NCBI RefSeq assembly: GCF_001194135.2
Contig: NC_068983.1
Coordinates: forward strand, 122,899,435 to 122,963,434
Source: Octopus bimaculoides
Taxonomy: Eukaryota
Direction: 5' to 3'
Length of the DNA stretch: 64,000 nt
The notes under the pieces are model-generated. The model saw only the letters and a list, made by a program, of their open reading frames with translations, made no database searches and was not told where the DNA came from. Below are positions 13,796 to 26,209 of the stretch, piece after piece. How positions within the stretch are numbered: the stretch's first letter is position 1; each line of letters opens with the position of its first letter. The translations under genes and the position numbers were made by a program.

Positions 13796-14675
13796 CTTGT
13801 GTGTGTGTGTGTGTGGGAGGGTGTATCAAACAAAAGTACCTTTGTTGAGCTAATTCCCTTTATGTCATGATGCAGACTTTGTCATTCATTAGAGAGAGAT
13901 CGATAAAATAAGTACTAATTTAAGTTCTGGGATAGGTATAATTAATTAAAACACTCAAAGGCAGTGTTGCAACATAACTGCAGACTAATGACTGAAACAA
14001 GTAAAAAAATTTTTTCTCATCAATATTTGGCTCTACCTGTTCCTAACAAGCTTTATCATTATATTATTTTATCATGTCATTGCCTGATACATTTGGGTTC
14101 CCATTCACAAATGGAAACTACAATTTCCAGTTAAGTAAATGAAGGAATCTCTTTGTTGCCACAGAACCTGTTAGAAACAGTTGTAAAATTCTCTCAAATA
14201 ATATCTTAAAGAAGGAAGGACACAGATAATATAGTCCTTAGAAAATGGAAGGATACATTAAATAACATAGTTCTTAAGAAAGGAACACATTAGATAATAT
14301 AGCTCTGCCAGAAAGGAGATCACATTAGATAATGTAGACCTTGATACATGGTGTCCGATTAAAATATTGGATGGTCATATTTGAAACATCTGTAATCATA
14401 AGACTTCAAGGTAAGTACTTGATTTGAGTAGAGTGTTATTCATATCACCTCAAGAGTAAATCATTGTTAATAAAAAGAACTGAATGTAGCCTTATACAAA
14501 GTTCTACTGAACTAAAACAACTGAATATAATCAATTCTTTTTATCCTTTACCACTAATTTTTTAACAACTGAAATGTTAATTGATGTGATGCCATCAAGG
14601 TTTCTTTTTCTTTTGCTTGTTCTAAACTATATTTAACCATGAGTATCAATCTTCACAATATTTTTATAAGACAAT

Positions 14676-14897
14676 GGCGGTGAGCTGACAGAAATGTTAG
14701 CATGCCATGCAAAATGCTTAGCAGTATTTTGTCTGTCTTTATATTCTGAGTTCAAATTCCACCAAGGTCGACTTTGCCTTTCATCCTTTCCGGGGGGGGG
14801 GCAATAAATGAAGTACCAGTTGCATACTGGGGTCAGTCTAATCGACTGGCACCCCTCCCCCAAAGTTTCGAGCCTTGTGCCTAGAGTAGAAAAGAAT
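14676..14897 (+). mobile_element. tRNA-derived SINE (GGCGGCGAGCTGGCAGAA family), CpG-decayed copy
   Basis: A-box-like head and B-box-like GAGTTCAAATTC; homologous to 50313-50590, 51143-51233, 51853-51914, 59990-60175. Confidence 0.85.
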
Positions 14898-17740
14898 GTT
14901 TATGTAAGACATTTCGGTTTCTAAACTGAGCTTTCTTTCAGGTTATCTATTGAGATATATTGGTAGTTAGAACTGGATTTGAAAATAATACAGTTTTTAC
15001 CTCTAAATATATGTTTATTTCAAAATATACATGTAAGAAATACCTAATTATAGATATTGGCATATATAGAGAATTTCTCTCTTAGTATACACCAAGGAAG
15101 AGTTCTCCTGTATTTTCTAATCAGAAGTCATTACATTGCATCAAAGCCATATCTTCAAGAAAATATATCATTACACCAATTCAAACACTTTAAATATCCT
15201 TGCCACTGTCACCAACACCAACACCACCACCACACCACCACCAACACACCACTACCTTCACTGCTGCCATCTACCACCATTCTTTGTCTTTACTTCTAAC
15301 AAAAATGTTCAGATAACTAATATCTTATAATATCATCCATCAATAGAGACAGTATTCCCTTAGGCATCTTCCACATATTGCTACTGATAATTTGATTGCA
15401 TAAATAAGAAAAGTGATCAACAGCCTCCATAAATCATCCAGCTTTATCAGTTGGGGAGACAATAATCTGATGCTCAACTAGCCATATGAATCAGATTTGA
15501 TAATTCCGTGACATATATTAAGCTTAGATTATAACATTGCTATTCATACATATGTACATGCAGCAGACAATTTACCAAACATATATGTGTAATTAGGTAA
15601 ATGTGTGTATATTTGTAAATTAATGTATTTCAGCAACATGTCATAATATTGAAAATGCAACTTTATATTCAGTTAACAAGTTTAATATTTTTTTGAGATT
15701 AGAAAAAGAATTTCATACATTATGTCTTGTTATATAGGATGTTCATAAAACCAAACTAAATGCAAAAACAATGGATTTGAGGTGAAACATTTTGCTAATT
15801 AACTAGTGAAGGAGGTTTGTTATTATGGTAAGAAAAGAAATAATTGTTAATTTTGAGACTAGTGGTTGTATTTTTAATTCAATGAAATACACCACAATCT
15901 TTGATTGTAACTGTTTGGATATAAAGAAAGTTTCCATATGTTTCAGAGAGGATTATTATTAGTATAAGCATTATTCAATACAACCTACATTTTGCTCTGT
16001 GACTGTTCTCAAATGTCACTCACTATGTGATGAAAATTCTTAAGATATGTGTACCATAAATGTGAATTACTAAATCTCTTAATAGGGCTAATGTTACTGG
16101 TATGTTATGTTACTGTGGTAAACCTTGGCTTTTAGATGCACTCTCTTTGTTTTTTGAGCTGAGGTTTTTTGTGTTTCTTTTTAATTTTGTTAATCTTATC
16201 ATTATTGACAAATGTAAAGGTGCTTTGCTAACCCCATGTTGTGACTTGTACAGTCATAGAACTGTGCTAGTAAAATTATTTGAAGTGTTATAGCAATGTG
16301 CAACTTCACTGTGTGCATGCTTGCTCAGAACTATGAGATTTTAATTGAAAGTACTTAAAATAAAACCTAACTTATATATCAACTGTTATGATGAAACTGT
16401 GATAAATCTGAAGATTTATCAATATTTCTCTCTTCATAATCACAAATCTCCTTCATGAGTTAATAATTAAAATGTTTCATCTTTGAATTTATTGTATTTC
16501 CATTTAATTTGTCTTGTGTTTCAAAACTTGCATGTCTTTACAGACACTTTTTATGTTAGAAACATCTTTACCAAATGGCAGTTTCACTCCTTATGTTTTC
16601 AAGTTCAAATTTTTTTCAACACTATTGGGTCAGGAATGAAGTTATTCATCCTAGTTTAATAATAATGTGACCTTTTTCATTTCAGCATAAAAAATTATGT
16701 GCTGACAGAAATGATAGTTTTACCAGCTTGGTCTACATGTGCAATTTAAATTGCATGAGAATTTATAAGCTACATCTTACTTTTGCATGAGCATTCATGT
16801 CATTGTTTGTATATCATGAAATTGTTTCAGTTTATCATATTCCTTGAATTCATTGATACATTTATTCTTTAATAAAAATGAATTAAAATTAAACATTAGA
16901 TTATGGCCAGTTTGTATTTGATGTAAGAAATAATATAAATATTGAAAGCTTTCAATAAGTTACTGTGCCATGCATACCTGTGTACATCTGATGCTGACCA
17001 CCATGCAAATGCATCTTGACATTAAATTGGTGGATAAGCATAAACATGGTTTAAATCAGTACTGCATCTGCCACCTTAGTTTGTGTGTTAGTAAGCACAA
17101 ACTGGTATGTTAGTAAGCATACATTGGTGTGTTAATAAACATTTATCAGTGTGTTTTATGTGAGTCTATTTTATATGCTTAGCATGTGTGTGTGACATTT
17201 AATATGCTGGTGGATAAATTCCTTATTCACTTGAATTATTAGAATGAAAGATGCAAAAGAGTCATTAAATTGTAATTTGATCCACCCCACCTCCTACAAA
17301 TCAGTAAAGCAACTGGACTTGAATGTCTATACTTGCACACACATGTACTAAAGCATACCTACACATGAAAAGATCATAAAATGAATAGAATAAATAAATA
17401 AATAAACATTTAACCACCCAAAACGTGCACAGGATTCACACTGCACATACATGGATGTGCATGTGCACACCACACACACACACACTCACACACACATGCA
17501 TTCACACACTCATATCATTTTGTTCTCTTTTACACAGCTTTTCACTAATATCCTTATAAATATTGAATCTGTAAACTAGGAGACAGCCGAACCTGGAGTA
17601 AAGAGAGTATGTCATTGAGATCTTGAAAGGCAACAAAAAATATTCAAATAGACCTAGCTGATTGACTGACTGACCAGATAATTAATTATGCAATTGATTA
17701 ATTAATTGGTTAAATGCTTAACTAGTTGACTAGTTCGATG

Positions 17741-18150
17741 TGTAGAATTTATTAGGACCAGCCTGAGATGGTGGCTGCTGTCAATTGGTGTCCGATATCG
17801 ACAAACAAACACCATCTTGAAGGAGATCCAGGCAACAGTTGACAGGGCCAACCATTGGATATGGCTGAAAAGGTATGATGAAACCTGGCTGAGAGGTGAT
17901 GATCCCAAAATGAACTTGAGGTTGAATATTAGTCGGTCAAAACAGTAGGTAAGTCTCATGTTAGTGAGTGGGGCCGATGCATTGTAAAGCTTGCCAATAG
18001 GAAGGCCCTCCAAACGCCTTCCTTTTGACAAGCTATTGACAGTACATCAGCCCCTGATGACTCCTGAAACCTGGCATTCAGTATATGGAGTTTTTGACTG
18101 ACTGTGCTTGCACTAGCAACCTGTTTACAAGTCTCTAAGAAGTGAAATAG
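17741..18150 (+). mobile_element. 3' fragment of a Hero-like (RLE) non-LTR retrotransposon
   Basis: Plus-strand translation VEFIRTSLRWWLLSIGVRYRQTNTILKEIQATVDRANHWIWLKRYDETW resembles the C-terminus of Hero/R2-group ORFs; 3' boundary approximate. Confidence 0.65.
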
Positions 18151-18645
18151 AGCCAGTGTGTATGTTTGTTAATAAGGATAATGACCCTCTCAAATGCAAT
18201 GAAATAGTTGAAATATTTTTCCTGATATATATTATCTAATTATAATGGCTATAAAATAGAAGTGAAACTACATTTATCCAGTTTTCAACTAAATAATGGT
18301 AAGAATATATATGAACACTTTTGAAGCATTGTAAAATCTGAAAACTTCAGTATTGACTTACACTTTGTTAACTTTTCTAATGACAAAAATATAACCAGTG
18401 ACATTGCTATAATTGTTATTAAGTTTTCACTTGTATATTTCTATTATGTAAGAAATTTAAGTTATTTATTAGTTTCCCTTTTTTTCAGATGATATTTCAC
18501 TTAATTGAAATATCAGTTAGCTAATATTCCATATTCTAAAAGTAGAATATTAGAAAATGAAAATTATATCTAATGGAAATTATACGAAATATTTTTGAAA
18601 GCAAATTAGATATTAAATGGGACTTATATTTCTTTTTAATTCTAG

Positions 18646-18745
18646 CTATGTTATCCAACCTGCAGAAAGACAAGCTACTCCAGTGGGCATGAAAAAGAGG
18701 AATCCTTTATCAACTGATAGAGGGATTGAATCCATTAGATTATAA
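18646..18745 (+). CDS. KCNT: Slo2/KCNT terminal coding exon
   Basis: ttctttttaattctag|C TAT GTT ATC CAA..., phase 2; YVIQPAERQATPVGMKKRNPLSTDRGIESIRL*; YVIQP completes the DIVYLIR-type motif. Confidence 0.85.
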
Positions 18746-18801
18746 TATCATTAATATTGCACTGCTACCACAGCCTCAATTTCATCTCATTTATTTTATT
18801 T

Positions 18802-21131
18802 TCAAATATTACTTAAAAAAAGATTTGTCATAATAATTCTAAAAGATAGCAATCTTTTTTGAATATAAGTTCCAAAAACTAAACAATAAGTACATTGATT
18901 AATATTACTGATAAATACTGCTGATACAATTTTCCTAAATATAAATTTGGAATGCATGATCAAACTTTGTGTGCATGTGTTATCATATATGCTTCTTGTT
19001 GTTATTGTTTGTTGCAGCAATACAGCAAAAGTGCAAGTAATTTCTTTTTTTTTTTCTGTAAATATGTATAAACTTCAGAAGCACCTTTGTTTTGAATTGT
19101 AGTTAATGTTAAGGAAAAAAAATTATTATTTTTATGAATTATAATGATACTTTTAAAAAGTACTTTTAAAAATACATAGAATATCAATATGGCATTATTA
19201 AGAATATTTCTATAAAATGATGCATCCTTTAGTTCATGAAATTAAAAGAAGTACTGTATTTTTTTACTTCTTTTTTTTTTTTTGTAAATGAAGGTATATT
19301 ACTCTGCATGTGGAGCTGAAAATAAGTACAACTTCCACTCAGCAGTTAGCAGTAGAACATCCATCTGTAAAAATATTTTTCTTTCAACAAATTGATACTT
19401 AACAATTTCCAATCATCATCCCAGCGATGAAGAAGAAATAAGTTCAAAACATTTCCTTTTGTAATGCTGGCAAAATTATCTTTGTCTGAAGCAAGCTTTA
19501 CTTCATAATTAGATAGATATGAAGTTAAAACTATATTAAAGAATCAAGAACATGAAAAACAAAGTATATTCTGACATGAAGTAAAAAATATTAACTGATG
19601 AGGAATATTATTTTCACTGACAAGAACAGAATACAACTTGCAAGAAGCAGAAAACACTGAAAGTTACTAAATTCCCAAATAACTAAGTAAACACAGAAAA
19701 ATTGTACTGGTAATGGTATAGAGCAGTGGTTCTCATCCATTGTTTGCCCATGGATCCTTTCAATTCCTATTTTACTCTCCTGGACACTCATAACCATTCC
19801 ATTTAAAAAAAAAACCCTACTATATTTTTATAATTAAGTATTATTAGGAATTTTATATAAAGTTGTTAAAATATTTTGCCTGTTGTTGTAATTTAACCAA
19901 TATATTGCACTTAAATTTTAACAACAAAATCTTATGTGGACCCTCCACCAAGGGTCGTATGGGCACCAGTTGAGAATCACTGATCTAGAGTAATATATAT
20001 GCTGACAAATAGTGCAAAGCAAACTGAGTATGGAGTTGTCTCCCATACATTCTGATTAACAGTGACTCCTATTAAATGTATTTTACTACATAAATATCAA
20101 ATATATTTCACTACATACCGGAATATATTCCGTCTTTGTTGTTTTTTCTAGCTTTTTTTTTTAATGTAGTTAAAATTTTGAAAACTAAGAAATATATTAT
20201 ACAATATCTTTACTGGAATATAGTTAATATTAATATTTCTCAACTCTAAAAGACCACCAGCAAACACGATTGTTATTGGAAAAGAGAAATTTGTTTATTA
20301 TAGCAGCCAAATTATTGGATTTTCCATTTCATATTATTTTGTTTCTTTATGTTTTTTTATGTATAAAATATTAATAAGTTTTTTCTTTTCTATTTCCCAA
20401 ATATTTATTCAAGAAAATATCCATAAACAAATGAAAAAATTATATGCCTTATGTGTATAGAATTATAATTTTAAAAATATTTTATACCTGAATGTATGTA
20501 TATTGAAACATTTGGCTAGTGTATGATAATACTGATTAAAATTGTCATTAGTATATTCTCCTAATTATATTCTTATTATTTTTAAGGTAGTATATTTGGT
20601 AGCAATATAAAAATAGTTGCCTTATAGTTCTAGTTCACTACCATATTGTTTCACTTATTTACAATGAAGTCAAGCACAGTCAATTTATCCTTTGGGATTT
20701 TAACCAAAAATAATTTCTTAGACCCTGTGCACTTTACAAAATGCCATGTTTCAATTATCTATGATCTGAGTTCAAATATATAGTTGACAAAGTAAACAAA
20801 TGGGTCACACAACAAAAATACATCTAACTACAAGAAAATAAATATTCTAAGCATTGCTTAGAAAGAGTTTTATTAAAAACAAAATAAAGCATTATTATAA
20901 ATGTATTTGCAATGACACAAACCATATATAATGAGTGTTCTAAATACTCCTTCATTGACATCCCTATTTCCTCATCAAAAGCACTGAAGCTAGTTCTATA
21001 TTTTATGATTATCAACGAATTATTGATGAGGACTGCTTTAATAATGGTTTCAGAATGTATAATTCCAGGTATTTTTGGTACCTCTCCAAATATTTTGCTT
21101 ATCATAAAGAAACCATCGTTTTTATTGCTGT
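18802..21131 (-). CDS. Candidate multi-exon gene convergent with KCNT, possibly WD40-like (exon chain incomplete)
   Basis: Open, AG/GT-bounded segments at 20923-21131, 20663-20758, 20119-20184, from 19682, 19399-19530 and 18802-19055; AATAAA directly after the stop; the 20663 to 20184 junction could not be closed in phase. Confidence 0.4.
19724..19982. mobile_element. hAT (Charlie-type) MITE
   Basis: TIRs CAGTGGTTCTCA / TGAGAATCACTG; 8-bp flanks GTATAGAG and ATCTAGAG (6/8 identical, TCTAGA-type target). Confidence 0.85.
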
Positions 21132-21369
21132 CTTGTTTTAGAGAAAAGTTTTAGAAAGAAATAAAGAAATACATAAAACTTGATCTTTGTTTTCATTTTA
21201 TTTCAATAAATTTATTGCATAAATGTACTAAGTTTGCATGTAACTTTACATTTATTAATGTAGGCAGAGAATTGGTAAACTTGTCAAAATGTCAGATCTA
21301 ATGCCTTGTGGTATTAGGTCGTCAAGTATGAAATTTGTAGAAAAGAAAAAAAGTGTGCTAATGTTTTAT

Positions 21370-21749
21370 AAATACAAGGAATAGTTTTATTCATCAAAGC
21401 ATGCACCCATATTGTCAATACACTTTTGCCATTTCAGTGGTAGCTTGTCCAGCCCAGAACTGTAAAAGCCTGGCAATCTAAAGTCAAAAAAATCTTTGAA
21501 GGCCTGTTTTACAGCATTGTTGGAATTAATTTTTTTTCGGATCAAAAGTTATCTAAATTCTGAAAGAAGTGGTAGTCAGTGGGGGCAAGATCAGGTGAGT
21601 ATGGTGGATGATGGACTGTATTTTCAGTTTGCTGTTTGTTGTAACAAGAAGATATGCTCCGGCTAGCTTAAGGAAGGTAGTGCACCAGAAGGTTGATATT
21701 TCAGCAAAATTTTATAATTACAAACTTTGTAACCATGTAAAATAAAATA

Positions 21750-21792
<43 letters not shown>

Positions 21793-22110
21793 GAGAGGGA
21801 GACGAAGAACAAGGGAATGAAAGTGTGTGAGAGAGAGAGAGAGTGAGTATATGTCAGATGGCACCAGAAAGTTTCTGGACCAGCCCTAAAAAATGTGTAT
21901 CAGTACTCTAATAAATAGTGTGTGTAAAATATTATTTATATTGGGGAACCATTCCTTCAAAACAATCTCCTTGAGAATGTCAACAGTGATCCCAGCATGC
22001 CTTCCACACCTCAAAAGCACCTTAAAAGTTCTCATTCTGAAAGTTGTTCAGTTAATTTCATTTATATAAAGAAAAATTCCTTTCCATTTACCAACACTGA
22101 AGTACCAAAT
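21370..22110 (-). mobile_element. Two decayed mariner fragments separated by (TA)n/(GA)n
   Basis: Minus-strand PYSPDLAPTDYHFF motif near 21560-21600; mariner-type 3' end near 21850-22100. Confidence 0.65.
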
Positions 22111-23121
22111 TGCTTTTAACATGGCAAACTTTTCTCTTGATGAACGAATAGCAGCAGTGACAAAAGCTTATGAAAGATCTATTCCTGGACCATCTGGCAC
22201 CGTTTCTATGATGCTACTAGATGTTGAAGGAAAAGTATTCTGGTTCATCATTACCAAAAGATTAACTACATATTTATATGCTGAGTATATTGACAAAAAT
22301 GTCTATAAAGGAGGTGTCCTAGAATACTCAAGATGTCTTGGGTATACATCAGTAACCAACTAGATCATTAAAGAAGCAAAAGGCAACAAAAACGTGCTCT
22401 CAGTGATTTGGTTGTATCTTGCCAAAGAGTATACCTGGGTGTCCCACCAGCTGATTCAAAATCCATCGAACTACTACAAACATCAACATCAATTGTCAAG
22501 TTCGTAATGTCAAAGATGGATTCACTAAAGAGGATTTACACTGTAGAAATTTCACTAACATGATAAAATCTTGAGAAAGGCGTTACGGGCTGATGCGCAA
22601 TGTCTGTAGTCCTGTTAATGGCTGCCATGAACGCACTACTAAAGATAAGAGTAATACAGTTTAGAGGACCAAAGACTGATTGCAATATAATACATCCATT
22701 CTGCAAAACCCTCATGGACAATATAATGCAAAGAGTATCCAGGAGTATAAGTTCACTGAAGAGGTTAGCTGCATAGTCATATATGAAATTCAGTGCAGGA
22801 AATTCGTTGAGTCAACGTAACAGAAAGAAAGCTGACAAATATCTTCAGTATTAATGGATCCGAGATTCTAACAAATCTGGTAAAAGGAATCATGTGCTTT
22901 GGGGTGAGTTATGACAACACCTAAAGGACAGCAGCACAACTCTACTGAGCTTCTGGTTCAGGGTAATTGACAATAGGCTTATATCCAAATTATTCATTTC
23001 TGTTGTATGACTTCACCATGACTTGTGTGGAAACAATGCAGTGATTGTACAGAATTTTCATCCCAAAATGGCTGGGTGTTACCCAAACTTTCACTTCAGC
23101 TAGCTCTTACAGCAAGACCTC

Positions 23122-26100
23122 TGTAATGGGAGGCAAGGTTCACGATATCGGATGCATATCACCTTCTCCCATTAAAATTGTTCTTTGTGTTGTTTCAGGC
23201 TCCAACAGGCGAGGAAAGAAGTCTTAAGTAAAAATGCAATTCACAACCAGTTTATTTACATCGTTACTCAGAATAGATGAAGTTACTCAGAATATATCAG
23301 GAGGCGATGAGTTGTCTGGTGCTAACATTGCACCAAGGAGTGCCAGGGTGCTACCGTAAAGGAGTTCAGCAGAGGAGAAACCTAAGTCTGCTTTAACAGC
23401 AGTGCAACAACCAAGAAGAAGGATAGGCAGGAATTCTGTCCAAGACTGTGGATCAAGAGTGGCACGTAGAGCGGCCTTCAGTTGCCTGTTAAGGCGTTCG
23501 ACCATCCCGTTTGAGGCTGGGTGATAGCTGGTCGTATGAATGTGATGAACGCCTAGGATTCGTGATAATTCATAAAATAGGGAAGCCTCGAACTGGCGTC
23601 CACGATCAGTGGTTATTTTAGCTGAGACACCAAAGCGCGCAATCCAGTTAGAAACGAAAGCTCGAGCAACTGACTCAGCGGAAATGTCCACTATTGAAAT
23701 GGCCTCTGACCAACGAGAGAAATGATCGACGCATGTCAATATGTAAGAGAAACCGCGACTGACAGGCCATGATCCCACCAGATCAATGTGGACATGGTGA
23801 AAGCGAGTCTCCAGAGGAGAAAAACTGTCCAAGAGGAGCGTGAATATGCCTGTGGATTTTAGAACGCTGGCATTTTACGCAAGAGCGTGCCCAATCGGTG
23901 ATCATCCGGCGCATATGAGGCCAGAAAAACCGAGCCGTAATAAGCCTCACCGAGGCAGCGACGCCAGGATGTGATAGTGAATGCAAGGCATCAAAAATGG
24001 AGCGCTGGTGGTTCTCGGGTACAGATGGTCTGGGAGAACCAGTAGCTGTGTCACAAAGAATGGTGCTTTCAGCAGACGGAAGTGGAAGATAGGCAAACTT
24101 GCGACAGGACAACTTGGTAGAAGCTAAATCCAAAGTGTCCACAGCCGGCTGATCCTGTACAATGGCAGATAAATCGATTGCAGCAGGAGATGAAAGGGAG
24201 CACACAGGAAGACGAGAGAGTGCGTCAGCAGGCACGTTCCCTGTTCCAGGTGTAGTAACGCCGTGCGCATGCGTAGAATTAAACAACCAAGCGTTCCGGC
24301 TCAATTCATTCTCTTTCTTGCTGGCCAGCGATTGAGCATGGACGTGTTTTTGCTGTCTCTCACCATCTTTCGGACTTACATTCGACAGCTCGCTTACACA
24401 TACATAACAACGTCCCAACAACAGAAGCTGTAACAACAAGAACTAAAGATGTATATATTCCGTACCACCTATATAAAGTGTTGTTTAAGTTGATAGTCTG
24501 GAGTTCAGCGTTTCGTTATATTTCATAATTTTATATAGGAAAGTCAGGTATACATCTAATGATGTATAACCAACTTTCCTATACAGGTATGTGTCGAATG
24601 TCACTCGTGAACTGGGAAATGTAGTCTAGGTGGCGAAAAGCACGAGGCGATTTAGATGACAGAGCAAACGTAAGAGGCTTGTGATCAGTATAAATCATAA
24701 AATTTCGGCCCTCAAGTTGATATTGAAAATGACGAACTGACAGGTAGATCGCCAAGAGCTCGCGATCAAACGTACAGTACCGACGTTCAGCTGGCTTTAA
24801 TTGACGAGAAAAAACGCCAAAGGTTTAGTCTGGTTGTTTATGGTGTACAGCAAAACTGCACCAACTGCAGAATCCGATGCCTCAACATTTAAAGAGAGAG
24901 GAGCATCGGGAACCGGATGTGCAAGCAAAGGAACAGAAGCTATTTCTTTCTTGATTGACTCAAAAGCAGATAACGCCTTGGCAGATAAAGTAATGAGAGA
25001 ATTCTTTTTTGTATTTGCTTTCAATAGCTGAGTCAAGGGATGTAGCTTGTCTGCACAATCACGAATAAATTGTCTGTAGAAGTTGACGACTCCCAGAAAG
25101 TGGCGGAGTTGGCGTAATGAAGTGGGGGTGCGATGCGCTGAATTGCATCGACTTTGGAAGAGAGAGGTCTGATACCACTTGAGTCGATATAATGCCCCAG
25201 AAATTCCAAAGAGGACTGCCCAAAAACACACTTATCGGGGTTGATTCGCTGAAAGAGCTGATTTAAGTGTTGGAGGTGATTCTCAGGCGTGTCGCTTGCA
25301 ATGAGTATGACATCAACGTAAGCGAACACAAAATCAAGTCCACGGACAACTTCATCGATAAATCTTTGGAACGTGCTCATAAAAAGGAACTCGAAGCTGC
25401 CAAAGGGAGTAGTGATGGCAATTTTTGGTACGTCCTCAGGATTGACTGGTATTTGATGGTAGGCACGAACGAGGTCGATCTTAGAAAAATAGTACAACCA
25501 TGCAAATTAGAGGAGAAACATTGTGATTGTATGTGTGTGCTTGTACCAATAATTTTTTTTTTTGTCAGTTTAAAGAGTCGCTAGAAAATGGCGCGTGACT
25601 GGTAATATCCTTCTCCCACGTGGGGCAATTCAAATTGGCGGCAGACAAGAACGATGGCTGGAAGTCGAGTTGATTCTTCTGAAGTTCTGTAGCTCCTTTC
25701 GGCTGCCGGAGATCCTTTACACGTCCGGGGTCACCACTTTATAATGGGAGGCAAGGTTCACGATATCGGATGAATATCGCCTTCTCCCATTAAAATTGTT
25801 CTTTGTGTTGTTTCAAGCTCCAGAAGTCTTAAGTAAAAATGCAATTCACAACCAGTTTATTTACATCGTTACTCAGAATAGATGAAGTGTGGTGCTCTCA
25901 GTATACCATCTCAAGCTGTGTACGTTCGTTGTATCTCCGTTAACGTGAGCCCATTGCCTCTGGAGATACGACATGCAGACAGGACTAGCCTGGAGACTCA
26001 GCCAGCGAAGTGTGTTCAGCAAGCGCTTGTGGTGAAGAAGAGATAGAATCTGTTTTGTCGGGCCATTATATTCAGTTTGCCATCGCGAGCCTCGTTGTGA

Positions 26101-26209
26101 CTTCGCGTATGGCAAATGGATGCAGGTGAGGTCTCGCTCCAGTCTCGGAGATGGCAATGGCTGCTGCGAGATCTCATCCAATATGGCACTGACTGCTTGT
26201 GCCGCTACA
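23122..26209 (-). mobile_element. Gypsy LTR retrotransposon (CsRn1-like), internally deleted
   Basis: 5' LTR 25740-26209; partial 3' LTR 23122-23283 matching it; PBS TGGTGACCCCGGACGT (25736-25721, tRNA-Trp-like); [15 protein letters not shown], RNase H TFDRELLAIY/TDHKPL, zinc finger HSLSHPGV...CVKC, integrase HIDLVG...TTDRGRQFE; imperfect TSD CCTC/CCTT; gag and protease missing. Confidence 0.92.
24251..24583. mobile_element. Solo LTR (333 bp) inside the Gypsy pol gene
   Basis: TGTAGT...CCTATA termini, exact 4-bp TSD CAGG (24247-24250, 24584-24587); removal rejoins DIRHIP-GTGNVPADALSR. Confidence 0.85.

Noticed and set aside
18050-18075. Hammerhead at CCCTGATGACTCCTGAAACC
   Set aside because: Only 5 nt separate CUGAUGA and GAAAC, so stem II cannot form, and no NUH plus stem I follows; at most a decayed relic in the Hero 3' UTR
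19302-19364. Separate exon MDVLLLTAEWKLYLFSAPHA on the minus strand
   Set aside because: The acceptor is only about 35 nt from the upstream candidate donor and phases do not fit; left out of the gene model
25873-26181. 102-aa ORF as a gene or integrase tail
   Set aside because: It lies within the 470-bp 5' LTR defined by TG...CA ends, the PBS and the TSD
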